Shown: positions 13,797 to 25,561 of the stretch, piece after piece
Position numbering within the stretch: the stretch's first letter is position 1
Layout: the number at the start of each line of letters is the position of its first letter
Source of the DNA: Felis catus
Taxonomy: Eukaryota
Direction of reading: 5' to 3'
Assembly: GCF_018350175.1 (NCBI RefSeq)
Contig: NC_058373.1
Location: 100,380,001 to 100,444,000 of the forward strand
Length of the DNA: 64,000 nt
The notes under the pieces: model-generated
Told to the model about the DNA's origin: nothing
Database searches by the model: none
Seen by the model: only the letters and a program-made list of their open reading frames with translations
Translations under genes and position numbers: made by a program

Positions 13797-16779
13797 AAAT
13801 ATGGAACTTTTTAAAAACACAACTCATATACCTGAAAGCCTCATGTAGTAAAAAATAAAATTTCCACATTGAACATGTGCCTAGAAACACCTTCTCTAAT
13901 GGTAAAACTTACATTACATGATTGAACTACTCATTGTGAAAGAAACCACATCACAAGTGGAAAAAGACTTTCAATTCTCTAGGTGTTAAAAAAAAAATCC
14001 ATTAGTAAGTACTTTAATGGGAGAACTATAGTTACTTGCAAGATTATATTGCCATTTTGAAATTTTGGGAAATTTGGGAAAACCCAATCGTTATTTGAAG
14101 TTCGGCTGTGGAAATATATGTAACTCCTGTCTTATAAGCACTCACTTGTATCTTAAATTATTTTCCAGCACAGGATTTGTCAATTAACTTTTAGAAACCG
14201 CAAATCTGATCCAGCTCACAGAAAATCACCAAGGTTGGGACCTTTTCATTTACTGTGAGATAAATTGTCACACGTTATAGACAGTTTACTTTTCTCTTCC
14301 TGAATAGAGAACCTAAGGCAGAAAAAGATAACCTGCAAAGAATGAACCGAGTTGAGTAAGGCTGAACTGAACTAATGCTAGGTAGGCATACAATACTTTC
14401 TTCCCCATACCTCAGTCCATTCGCTATATTGTACTCTGGTGCCAATGTCAACCATTAAGGAAGCCTTATCTCCCACTGGGGAGAGAAGGGAAGAAAAAGC
14501 CGTACCCTACTAATTACAGCAATAGTCTGCAAACACAGACTTCTATCATTTGGGTTCCCCCAAAAGGCAAACCTGAGATGAGTACTTTGAGGGGAAGCAC
14601 ACTTGAGGGGATTAAGAACAGTAGACGGATGGAGAAAAGTCTATTAAGGGTTCATTGACTGCTGTGGATAACTGGAGTTCAGTCGTGCTAGAGACCCTCC
14701 GAGGAATTATGTAGAACATGCCTAAGAATTGTCCCCACTAAGAAAAGAGAAGCTGGGGTATCTAACCACTTTCTTGGTTAAAGACTGCTCCCAGAGCCAT
14801 TAAATTCCTAGTACTTTCCGGCTGTCATGCTGGCCACCATTCACTCAGGCAGAGCAAACTCACAAAGCCCCAAATATTTGTATCAGGACTTCTACAGAAA
14901 AACTTTGTAGGCCCCTGATGAGATGAAAATCTCAACTTTGCATTAAGTAGCCTTCAAACTCTAACCCCAGAAACAGGTACCTCCCCTGATCTTCCTCTTT
15001 AAGAATCTGACCCTCCCCATCTATTCCACCTCCCTTTCTCACAACAAAGGAGCAGCCCACCTGCATCCATCAAGAATAAACGTAGATAAGATCCAAAGAT
15101 TATGTACTAGACATCCTATGAGTAGACTGTTCACCTATAGAAGAAAATCTTATTGACTGGTAAGAGCACTCTTTTTTTTTTATCCACAGAAAATGTGATT
15201 AACAATAAAGAAAAATTACACAAAATAAAAGCAGAAACAGGACACCAAAAAAGATCAGAAGTGTCAACAGTGCACATGCCAAGAGACAAAAACCGAGAAA
15301 AGCAGGCATTCTGACAGCAAAAATACTAGACATGTTGGAAGATGGGATGGCTGGACCCTGGGAGACTGTGACATAATGTTCAAACAGGATTTTTGGTAGC
15401 ATTCTTAAACACCAGGAACCTAATTGGCTTTAATTACAGGGTAATTGCTACTACAGAATAAGAACAAACAGCATCCATAAAATATTACTTCAACAAATAT
15501 CCACTAAACAAATACAGTGTGCCAGAGGTACTGTTCTAGTACTACAGACACAGTGAGGCTAATAACAAAGTCCTAGCATCTTTGAAGAAGGCCAATATAG
15601 TAGAGGGAGGCAGTGAAGAAAATAGGTAGGAGATGACATCAGAGAACTAGTCAGGAGCCTTGTAGGTTATAAAGTGGTATAACTTTTATTATGAGGATGA
15701 GAGAAGCCACTAGAGCAGGGGCTTTCAGCCTGATATTAGAATTATCTGAGCAACTATTCAAATATACTAATGCCTGGACCCAGCCCAAACCATTCTTGGT
15801 GTGTGTCTAGAAACTGGTTTTAAGCAGGGGAGTGTTAAGTTTCAAAATCTTTACTGATAATTTTGAAGAAATGCAGAGGTACAGGTGCGCAAATTGAAAG
15901 TGACACTGAGAGACTGGGTAAGAAATTAATGTGGGAGTGGAAATGATGAAAGTCTGAGTGCAATGGCTGGGCAGTGAGGAAACAGTAATAAGGAATAGAG
16001 AGAGCTTTTCTTGAGTATTTTGTTACAGTAAGGAGCACAATAATGGATGGCAGATGGACAGAAAGGGATGGCAAGTCCAAGGAGTATTTTTAGTTTTGTT
16101 TTTAAGAAGGGAAAGCTGTTACATATCATTTAAACAGAGACTGGATTAATCCTGTGAAGCTCAAAATACATTAACAATGACCATCATTCCTTAATTTGTT
16201 CTTCAACAGTCACTGTGTCACAGTCTGACTTCAAAACTTTTTAGAGACTTGACTGAGCTCTCTTAAATACGCAAAACAATGTTTTCTCATCTTCTAGAAA
16301 ATCTTCCTTTGGTGTTGGCTTCGTATTATACTATGTATCCTACTTTGAAACTAATATCTACACGTCAAGTCCCACAACTGGCTTGTGATATCCCCTAGGA
16401 TATCACAAGAATATAGCTATTCTATTCAGAAGCAGCAAAGACAAATTTTATACACTGATCAGAATCCTGAGAAAAATTATATTATACCAATTGAGAAACA
16501 TTCACCAAGGCAAGCATTAAGAGTCAACTGTAAAACTGAACAAATTTCGTGTGTTTGTGTGTAAAGCAGTGTATCTTGGTGCAACAGCTCTTGAAAGTAC
16601 TTAAGTTATCTAGTACATTACAGTACAGCTTGTCTCTACAGTGACAAGTTAAACCATAACATATGCAACTGTAACTGCCATAAATACTATGTGCGCAAGG
16701 GCAGATTTCACACAACACATATGTTTATATATTCCTCCAATTAAAGACTGAGGAGAAGCATAAAAACTTTATGTTGATT

Positions 16780-16805
16780 TTATTTATTTATTTATTTATT
16801 TATTT

Positions 16806-16846
<41 letters not shown>

Positions 16847-17007
16847 CGAGAACTCAGGGGAGGGGTAGAGGGAGAGAGAGAAAATCTTAAGCAGACTCTA
16901 TGCCCAGCATGGACTGACTCGGGGGTTGATCCCAAGACTGTGAGATAATGACATGAGCTGAAATTAAGAGTCGGACACTTAAACTGACTGAGCCACCCAG
17001 GTGCTCC
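16780..17007 (-). mobile_element. Can-SINE with (GA)n expansion
   Basis: TSD TATGYTGATT, (TTTA)n tail, (GA)n tract. Confidence 0.88.
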
Positions 17008-17276
17008 TATGCTGATTATAAAAGTAAAATGGACATCTATAAATAATGAAAAGCAAATGAAAATGCTATTGATTAGTAAAATAATGGTTTATTGTTTTGT
17101 GTGGTATTAGATTTATAAAGAAACGTTTGCATAATCTAAAACTTTAGAACAACTTTCCATGTATGTAACTCCCTTCTACATCAAAATCTAGGCCCTGCAC
17201 CAAGTTCAAAACAAACATTTCTGATTTTTCAGAATGGCAGCCTTGGTGTTTCAAACACAGCATCAGACAACTGAAT

Positions 17277-17280
<4 letters not shown>

Positions 17281-17330
<50 letters not shown>
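17281..17330. repeat. (CA)25 microsatellite
   Basis: Read directly. Confidence 0.97.
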
Positions 17331-17333
<3 letters not shown>

Positions 17334-17339
17334 GAATGA

Positions 17340-17450
17340 TTGGCCTAGTACTTGCCACGCATGGGAAGAGTTAGCAAGCATCACCATAAACGGACTTGTT
17401 TTATCAGCATTATAAAACCATTCAAGGGGTAGATCACGCTCAACCACGTT
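17340..17450 (-). mobile_element. Possible ancient pogo/Tigger transposase remnant
   Basis: Minus translation FYNADKTSPFMVML resembles the Tigger DDE motif IxNADETGLFWKML. Confidence 0.35.
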
Positions 17451-17539
17451 CTAATGGTCAATTTTTCCAATGTTACAGTTTTCAGTTATATTCTAGGTAT
17501 AGTGTAACCACCTCCTTTTATTTGGTATATTGTGATTTT

Positions 17540-17926
17540 ATTTATTTTTTTATGACTTAAAAAAATTAAATGTTTTCTTATAATTTTTCTCAATTTAAAA
17601 AATTTTTTACAACTCATAAAATTTTTACATAATTCAAACTTGCATATCAGTTACAAATACAGTACAAAGACCTTCCCCCTCACCGAAACATTCATTCATT
17701 CATTCATTCATTCATTCATTTTACCCTTTTAGAAAAGTTTATTTATTTAATGTCTACACTCAATGTATAGATGTACAGGGGCTCAAACTCATGATCCCAA
17801 GGTCAAGAGTCACATGCTCTTCAAACTGACCTGCCAGTTTGAACATATTTAACATATTCTTTTTTTTTAATTAATTAATTTTAAAAATTTTATTTTTAAA
17901 TTTACATCCAAGTTAGTTAGCACATA
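17540..17926 (-). mobile_element. TSD-flanked composite retroinsertion: L1 3' tip + extra sequence including a short SINE + second A tail
   Basis: 17 bp TSD TGGTATAYTGTGATTTT at 17523-17539 and 17927-17943; see findings. Confidence 0.7.
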
Positions 17927-18374
17927 TGGTATACTGTGATTTTAAATTTTGTATCTAGATAGTCAGAAGCAACATACCACAAATACAAACCTTCTCAGAA
18001 AAAAAACCTAAGGGAAAATATACAATAAAGTCACTGTTTGTTTTCTTTTTTTAGGGGACAAAACATTATTCATCAATTTTGCCTTTTTAGTAATTTTTTA
18101 GAATTCAAGAACTATTTTTAATTTCATATACCCAATAAAGGTCTTCTATAATAAATTTTATTAGTATGTGCTGATTTTTCAAAATATTTTGCCAACACTG
18201 AATAATGTATAGAATTGTTGAATCACTATGTTGTACACCTGAAACTAATATAACAGTGCACATTAATTATACTGGAATTTAAAAATAAGCTTTTTATTTA
18301 AATTAATTAATTAATTAAAAAAAAACACATTTTGCCAGGATTCTGGAAAGAATTACTCCTGTATTCCTTATTTA

Positions 18375-18590
18375 ATTTTTTAAAATGTTTTATTTATTTT
18401 TAAGACAGAGAGAGAGACAGAGCATGAGTGGGGATGGGGCAGAGAGAGAGAGGGAGACACAGAATCTGAAGCAGGCTCCAGGCTCTGAGCTGTCAGCACA
18501 GAACCCGATAAGGGGCTCAAACTCATGACCTGTGAGATCGTGACCTGAGTGGAAGTCGGACGCTCAACCGACTGAGCCCCAGGGCGCCCC
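18375..18590 (-). mobile_element. Can-SINE
   Basis: Full-length reverse SINE ending GGGCGCCCC. Confidence 0.9.
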
Positions 18591-19124
18591 TATTCCTTCC
18601 TTATTTAAAAGATCCAATCATGTTGTTCTCTGTTACACATAAAAATAACACTATATGCTAGACATGCAAATTCATATCATTAAAATCGCAAATGGCTAAA
18701 ACACTAACTGAATCAATATAAATCTTCCTCCTTGACTCTAACAGAATGCTCAAATTCATGTAGTTAAGTATTTATCCTACAAAGACACCACATGTATATT
18801 CTAAGGAACAGAAGGCTTAGGGTTTCATTATTGGGGTGCTAAGTATACAAATATTGCTTATTCTACCAAATGGCTTTGAGGCATTCACCAGCTCCATGAG
18901 TCACAAAAGAAAAGCAAATATTTCAAATGCTTTCTGCTACAGAAAATATGTCCCTCTTTATGCAATGACAGCTATCTTACACTCTAGAAAGTATGAACAG
19001 AGAAAGGGGATACACTATTAACACACTATTTAATCTTGTCCTAATAGGGCCACAATTCCTTCTTGACCATTTTGATATGCAATTCTAAAACGCAACTATT
19101 TACTTTCATTTTAAAAAAAATTTA

Positions 19125-19357
19125 GGGGCACCTAGGTGGCTCAGTCAGTTAAGTGTCTGCCTCTTGATTTTGGCTCAGGTCATGCTCTCATGGTTCGTGG
19201 GTTTGAACCCTGCATCAGGTTCCACGCTGACAGCAGGGAGCCTCCTTGGGATTTTCTCTCACTCCCTGCGCCTCTCCTGCCTCTCCTGCTCACGTGCACT
19301 CTCTCTCTCTCTCTCAAAATAAACTATGTATAAAAAAATAATAAATGAAATAAAAAA
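19125..19357 (+). mobile_element. Can-SINE
   Basis: GGGGCACCTAGGTGGCTCAG head, CT tract, A tail. Confidence 0.9.
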
Positions 19358-20081
19358 TTAAAAATTTTAATTGTTTAAAAGTAAAAACAAAAAGCCAAAT
19401 AGAAAGTTAACTGAATTAACTTATTCAAGTACTCACATTTTAAAAATAAGTAACTAATTAGTAACAGTTTGAAATAAACAGGAAACAAGATGTTACTTTT
19501 AAGTAGCTTAGATTTCTAGTTGCATATTTACGAAATAATATTCATTCAGGAAGGAAATACAAAATTTGTTTAGCATTCTCATAACTTCCATAAACCAGAA
19601 GCAAAGTTTACATTAGATAATCTTTGCTAAGTCAACATTTTATTTTAAATTATAAGTACACAGACACTTGCTGGGCACATGCCTTATTTTTTGTAAACAG
19701 ATATTTTTCTACTGCGCAAATATTATATACACTTTCTGCTGTTTCCTTTTGTTTTGGGATCCTCTTAAAACCCCAAATTAGGTGGTAATAACTACTGCAT
19801 GTCAAGAATTTACCCTGTCTTTACTGATGGCAAAGAATTCTTCGATCCTAGTAAGCTATTAACAAAGCTACTAATAAACAACTGGCTCTGACACCACTGC
19901 AAGCAAGCCATGCAAACCGACCAGGCCAGTCCACATCACAGGCCACGGTCCTCTTGACCTCCAAAATAAGACTTTCCAACTCTTCCGTTGCACCATTTAC
20001 TTCTACTGCCTAATCACTCCTCTACCAAACTTAGAGGATCTTCCCTCCTTCACTTCACAACCAGACTGACTGAAACAATTA

Positions 20082-20485
20082 CAGGCACAACTTGTTTTAT
20101 TGTACTTGCTTTGCGGCAACCCAGCTTTGAGCGAATCTACTGGCACCATTTTTCCAAAAGCATTTGCTCACTCTGTGCTTCTGTTACAGTTTGGTAATTC
20201 TTGCAATATTTCAAACTTTTATTTTTTGTTATAGTGATCTGTGATCAGTGATTATGACTTGCTGAAGGCTCAGATGATAGCATTTTTTAGTAGTAAACTA
20301 TTTTTAAATTAAGGTATGTATACTGTTTTTTAGACATAATGCTACTGCACACTTAACAGACTATAGTGTAAACATAACTTTATATGCACTGGGAAACCAA
20401 AAATTTCATTAGACTATATTATTGGGATATTCATTTTATTGTGGTGGTTGAGAACCGAATCCAAAGCATCTCCAAAGTATGCCTC
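20082..20485 (+). mobile_element. Tigger1 internal-deletion MITE (Tigger1a_Car-like)
   Basis: TA|CAGGCAC... and ...GTATGCCTC|TA ends; left and right halves match the two ends of the Tigger1 at 25562-27903. Confidence 0.85.
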
Positions 20486-20609
20486 TATTATAAATTTTAT
20501 TATCATCAGGGTCTAAGACACCACTGGGCAATCCTAGGTTTCTTTCATCCACTGCTATATTTCAACCTTCACAACCTTCCTCAAATTCATGACTATCCTC
20601 CCTCCTTCT

Positions 20610-21843
20610 AGGTAGATAATCATGGATTCTACTTCAGAAAATACAGAAACTATCAGACTGGAACTATTTCACCTACATGCCAACCAAATCTAAAACCCTC
20701 TTGCATTTGAATCTGTACAGATCTTCTGCCTTTGTGTTATGACAAAAGAAGTGTCTAAGTGTCTATTTATCTCAAACCCATCCTATTAACTATGCTCTGC
20801 TGCTCTTCCCACCTTCTAGGAACCACACTTCTTACACTGGCCCCCTAAGGTATCTCATCCATTCCCATGGCATTAAATGGCATCTATACACTTAACATTT
20901 CTAATTTTTATCTCCAGCCCAACCTTCTGCATTGAGCACTAGCTTATACAACCTACTGCCTATCCCATATCTCCATCTGGATGTTTCGCAAGCATCTCAA
21001 ACTTAGTATAGCCAGAACAACCCAATTTTCTCCAATCCCTACTATCACTAAATAGCACTAACTGCCAACCCAGTTGCTCAAGCCAGAACCTAGAGGTAAT
21101 GGATTCTTCTTTCCCCACCATCCCCCACATTTATCAGCAGTCCTTTCAGTTCAACTTCCCAAACTCTCCAGTTTCCACTGGCATGAACTTACTTTGTTCA
21201 GGTCACTATCACCTCTTCCAATGACCACTGGAACAGCCTCCTAACCAGTCTCCTGATTCCATTCAGCACTTCCCACATAATATCCAAGGTGATCTACTCA
21301 ACACTCATGTCATTCCCCTGCTGAAAAGACTTTAACAGCTTCCAAATGCACTCAAAATAAAATCCAAATGCCTTATCACAGTCTACAAAGCCCCATACAC
21401 TATGGGTTATTTACTTCTCTGAGTTTACCTTGTGCTACTTACCCTTCCTCTGCTTGAACCACACTTTCCTCCTTTTATTCCAAGAACTAACAACCTCTTT
21501 CCTGCCTCAGTTGCTGTGCACATGCTATTCTACTCTGAATGTCTAAATACCTCTCATCTTTCAAATTTTAGTTTAAATTTCATGTTCCCAGAGAAGGCTT
21601 TTTCACCACCCTAAGATAAACCTTCCAATATCCTATGTCCCTCCATTATCCTCTATTTCAGTACACTGTGATACTGATGATCAAAATTTGCATTCGTTTT
21701 GTTTGTTGTTCATGGGAGGGATAAGTGTTTTCTTCCCTACTAGATTATAATCACTAAAATGAAAACAATGTCTATTTCAACCACCATTATATTGCTAGCA
21801 CCTAGAACACTGCCTGGCACACAATCCCTGATAAATGAATAAA
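20610..21843 (+). mobile_element. L2 remnant
   Basis: L2-like motifs (ATCTCCAGCCC; CAGCCTCCTAACCAGTCTCC; CACCTAGAACACTGCCTGGCAC) and 3' TGAATAAAT. Confidence 0.7.
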
Positions 21844-23689
21844 TCTTCATATTGAAAATTTTAAAGACCCTTCATTACTACCCCAAGAAAACATTAACCC
21901 TGAAGACACCACCAAGAAAAAACCCATTTTGTCTTCAACTTTAGAACTGAAACACGCTTCTATACTAACCAGAAACACAAGGGAGATTTCCTTAGACGTG
22001 GGGAAACCAAACTGAACTGACTTCCTCTTCTTTCTCACATCTTTAAAAAGAATGAATTACTTTGTCCAAGACAAACCCTACTGTACGAAATGATTATGTT
22101 CCAAAAGTTCATTTACCATAAAGAAACATTATAAACAATAGCTACATTCCAAATCAGACTGTTACACAAATCTAAAATAACCCAAGGTATATTACTAACA
22201 ATATTATATCATACTAAACATGTATCACAAGTTTTTTGGGGGAAATATGTAGACAATGCTTCAACTTGAGATGTTGTAAGGAAAACTGTCACCAGTGGCA
22301 TCTACAGAATCTGGGTTAGAGAGGGAAGAGAAGACTGCTGGTAAGCTGTGGGGAAGATAAGGGCTTCCTGTTAACCTAGGGTCCTTGGCTTCTCCCTGTC
22401 CTCTTTGCACAACTCCAGGAATTAACCTGCCTCCTTCCTCTTTTCCAGCTGTAATTTGTTGTCTTAAGCCAAGGTTTCTTACATTTACTAAGCTACTGAC
22501 AGAAGAGTTTTAGTTTCTGCTTTCCTCTCTAACTGCTGAAATAAATATACAAACTCTTCTAATGTTTCTAATGAAATGCCAATAATGTATAAAGACAGGG
22601 TCTACAAGTAAAATTAATGCTTCAGTAAGTTTTAAAATTCTCTCTATGATGTTATCCCTAATATCTACTGAAATGTAAGGACATCGGATATTAATTTCAC
22701 TATTCAATCACGTATTCTTTTGTCCTCAGCTCTCCTTCCTCCTCACCTTTCAGAGGTGAGGATGCTGAGGATCCCCTCCCTTGATTTTAGGATGTTCCTT
22801 CTTGTTCTTGTCTCTTTAAGTATTCAGACCTTTAAAAGGCAAAGAGGAAGCAAAATGGATGAAAAATATTATTCTTCAGGTGCACAATCAATAAATGAAT
22901 TAATAAACATTTTCCAAGTATTTACCATTTGCCACACTAAGCTAGGCCTCGGGAATATAAAATTAGTAAGACCTCCCATCCTAAGGCACTTACCATCCCA
23001 AGTAAGGGACACAGACCCGTAAAATGAGCTAAAAAGGTAAAAGAACAAAATGCCACAGAAGCAACCAACTATAAGGAAACAGATGAATTGGGCTCTGAAG
23101 AAGAGGTGACATATTACCTGGAACTTAAGAGACATGGGAGTTCCAACACATGCTAAGAGGAACTATACTACAAACCATGGAGGCTCTAAATCAGATTATT
23201 TTATGAAAGTAACTATGATGGGATTATGGAGAATGAATCAGAAAAAGGAAGAGCCTGGCAGCAAGAAGTCTACTGCAACGTTCTGGAAGCAGGATCCGAT
23301 TTAAGGCAGAAGCTGAAGAGAAGGAGCCAAATATGATGAACATATAGAAGTTAGAATCACAGGTCTTAATGATAATGACTATAGATCAGAGAGGACAGTT
23401 GGAAAGTGGAGAGGAAATCTAGAAAGCTCCTAGCTTGAGAATTAAGTGGACAGTAACAAAAGCACTAAGATTTGTTCATTGAACATTTAATATATATGGG
23501 TAAAACTTAACACATTCTCATTTAATTCTCACACAATGCTAAGCATTAAATACTACTAAAATCCCCGTTTTAGAAATGAGAAAAACAAAGGATAGGAGTT
23601 ACATAACTTGGCCAAAGATCATAAAGCTAGTATATACAGAAGCAAGACTCTGAATCCAGACCAATGTGACTTCAGAAGTGGCATTCTTT

Positions 23690-24150
23690 CTTTTTAAGTT
23701 TTTATTTTAATCACCCGGTGCCCATCACAAGTGCTTCCTTAATCCCCATCATCCATTTTACCCATCCCTCCACCCTCTGGTAACCATCAGTTTGTTCTCT
23801 ATAGTTAAGAGTCTGTTTCTTGGTTTGTTTTTCTTTTTCCCCCTCTGCTCATTTGTTTTGTTTCTTAAACTCCACATGAGTGAAATCATATAATATTTGT
23901 CTTTCTCTGACTCACTTATTTCACTCAGCATTATACTCTAGCTCCATCCATGTCATTGCAAGTGACAAGATTTCACTCTTCTTTATAGTTGAGTAATATT
24001 TCACTGTATATATACACATCTTCTTTATCAAATCATCAATTGGTAGATACCTGGGCTGCTTCCATATCCTGGCTATTGTAAATAATGTTGCCATAAACTC
24101 AAGGGTGCATGTATCCCTATGAGTTAGTGTTTTTGTATTCTTCGGGTAAA
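23690..24150 (-). mobile_element. Carnivore L1 3' fragment inserted in a MIR
   Basis: Minus translation ATLFTIARIWKQPR...WMELE is the L1 ORF2 C-terminus; MIR-like flanks from ~23510. Confidence 0.8.
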
Positions 24151-24733
24151 GAGTGGCAACCTTAAACAACACTCCATTAACAAAGATAAAATTATTCAGA
24201 AGAGAAACAGATTTGGACCTGTTAAACTGAAGTCAAAGGACTAATGTTAAGATAGATTTACATTTCACAGTGAAATCCTGATGATTGTCCTGCACATTTT
24301 GTATAGGAAATATGTATTCAGGAGTGAGAAAGAAGGTAGACTGGACATCTGCAGGAAAGTAAAGATTACTAAATACAGTGGAAACACCAGGTCTTCCCAG
24401 AGGGAGCAATGAGAAGTGAGATAGGCTTCATATGGGGAATGTATTTCCTCCCTTCCCTTCCTTAGCACCCGCTTTTCCTCCCCCAGAGCTAAGTGACCTG
24501 CACTGGTAAGAATACTATTTTGGGATAGATTTCAAAAAATCTTGAAGGCAAATGGCTACAGCAGACAGTAAAATTCTGGTGAGAGGTTCAACAAACTTTC
24601 CACGAAGTCTAACCTCACCAGACCTTACGGCAACTTGTTTAGCTTGTGCCTTTCCCCCACCAGTTATCACAGAGCTGCTATGAGGCTCATGTAAACTGGG
24701 AACTGAAAATGTCCTCAGAAATAAATCCAATCC

Positions 24734-24874
24734 AGGACCCCTGGGTGGCTCAGTCGGTTAAGCGTCCGACTGTTGATTTCAGCTGAGGTCATGATCTCAG
24801 TCATGAGATCGAGTCCCATATCAAGGCCCAGCATGAAGCATACCTAAGATTCTCTCCTTCTGCCCCATCCCCCC

Positions 24875-24920
<46 letters not shown>

Positions 24921-24932
24921 AAAGAAAGAAAA
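24734..24932 (+). mobile_element. Can-SINE with (GA)n tail
   Basis: CTGGGTGGCTCAGTCGGTTAAGCGTCCGAC head. Confidence 0.85.
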
Positions 24933-25561
24933 ACTCAACCTAATCTAAATTCTTCCTGTAGATAAGGAAACCAGCTCCAGTGGAATTAGTGACTTGCTTG
25001 AGCTCCCACAGTTCCTCAGTAGCAGAGATGAGATCAGAATTCAGTTATCACAGATATCTAACTGATATGTCAACTGAATAGTCAGCATGAAAAAATGGGT
25101 TCAGGGACGAAATTTAGGTTGATCCAGTTCTGCCCAAAGTAAACACTGCCTCCCTGGCACAGAGAAACCCTATCACCAGAGAGACTGCCACTCTATTAGG
25201 GTCTCCAAGAGGTATGTGGAAATAGTCATTCAAACCATTCCATTTCCTTATTCTAATACTATCCGTATGTATTGGAATACCAATTTATTGATATATAATG
25301 GACCCCATCACCCACCACACACTTACCAAGAAGCTAATCAATTCAAGATATATACTAAGAAAAATAAGAAATTACACCAGAAAATTATGAACTAGACCAT
25401 GAAAATTATAATTCAAGAGAGGGAGGGGCTGGTCATAGAGGAGGTCCTGCCTAGAATCAGCCAAAACTACACAAGTCTCTCATCAGGTCAGTCTCTAAAC
25501 ACCAAATGTGAATGTATATTTAAATTATGAATGTTTCAAACTGATTTAATAACAGCAAATA

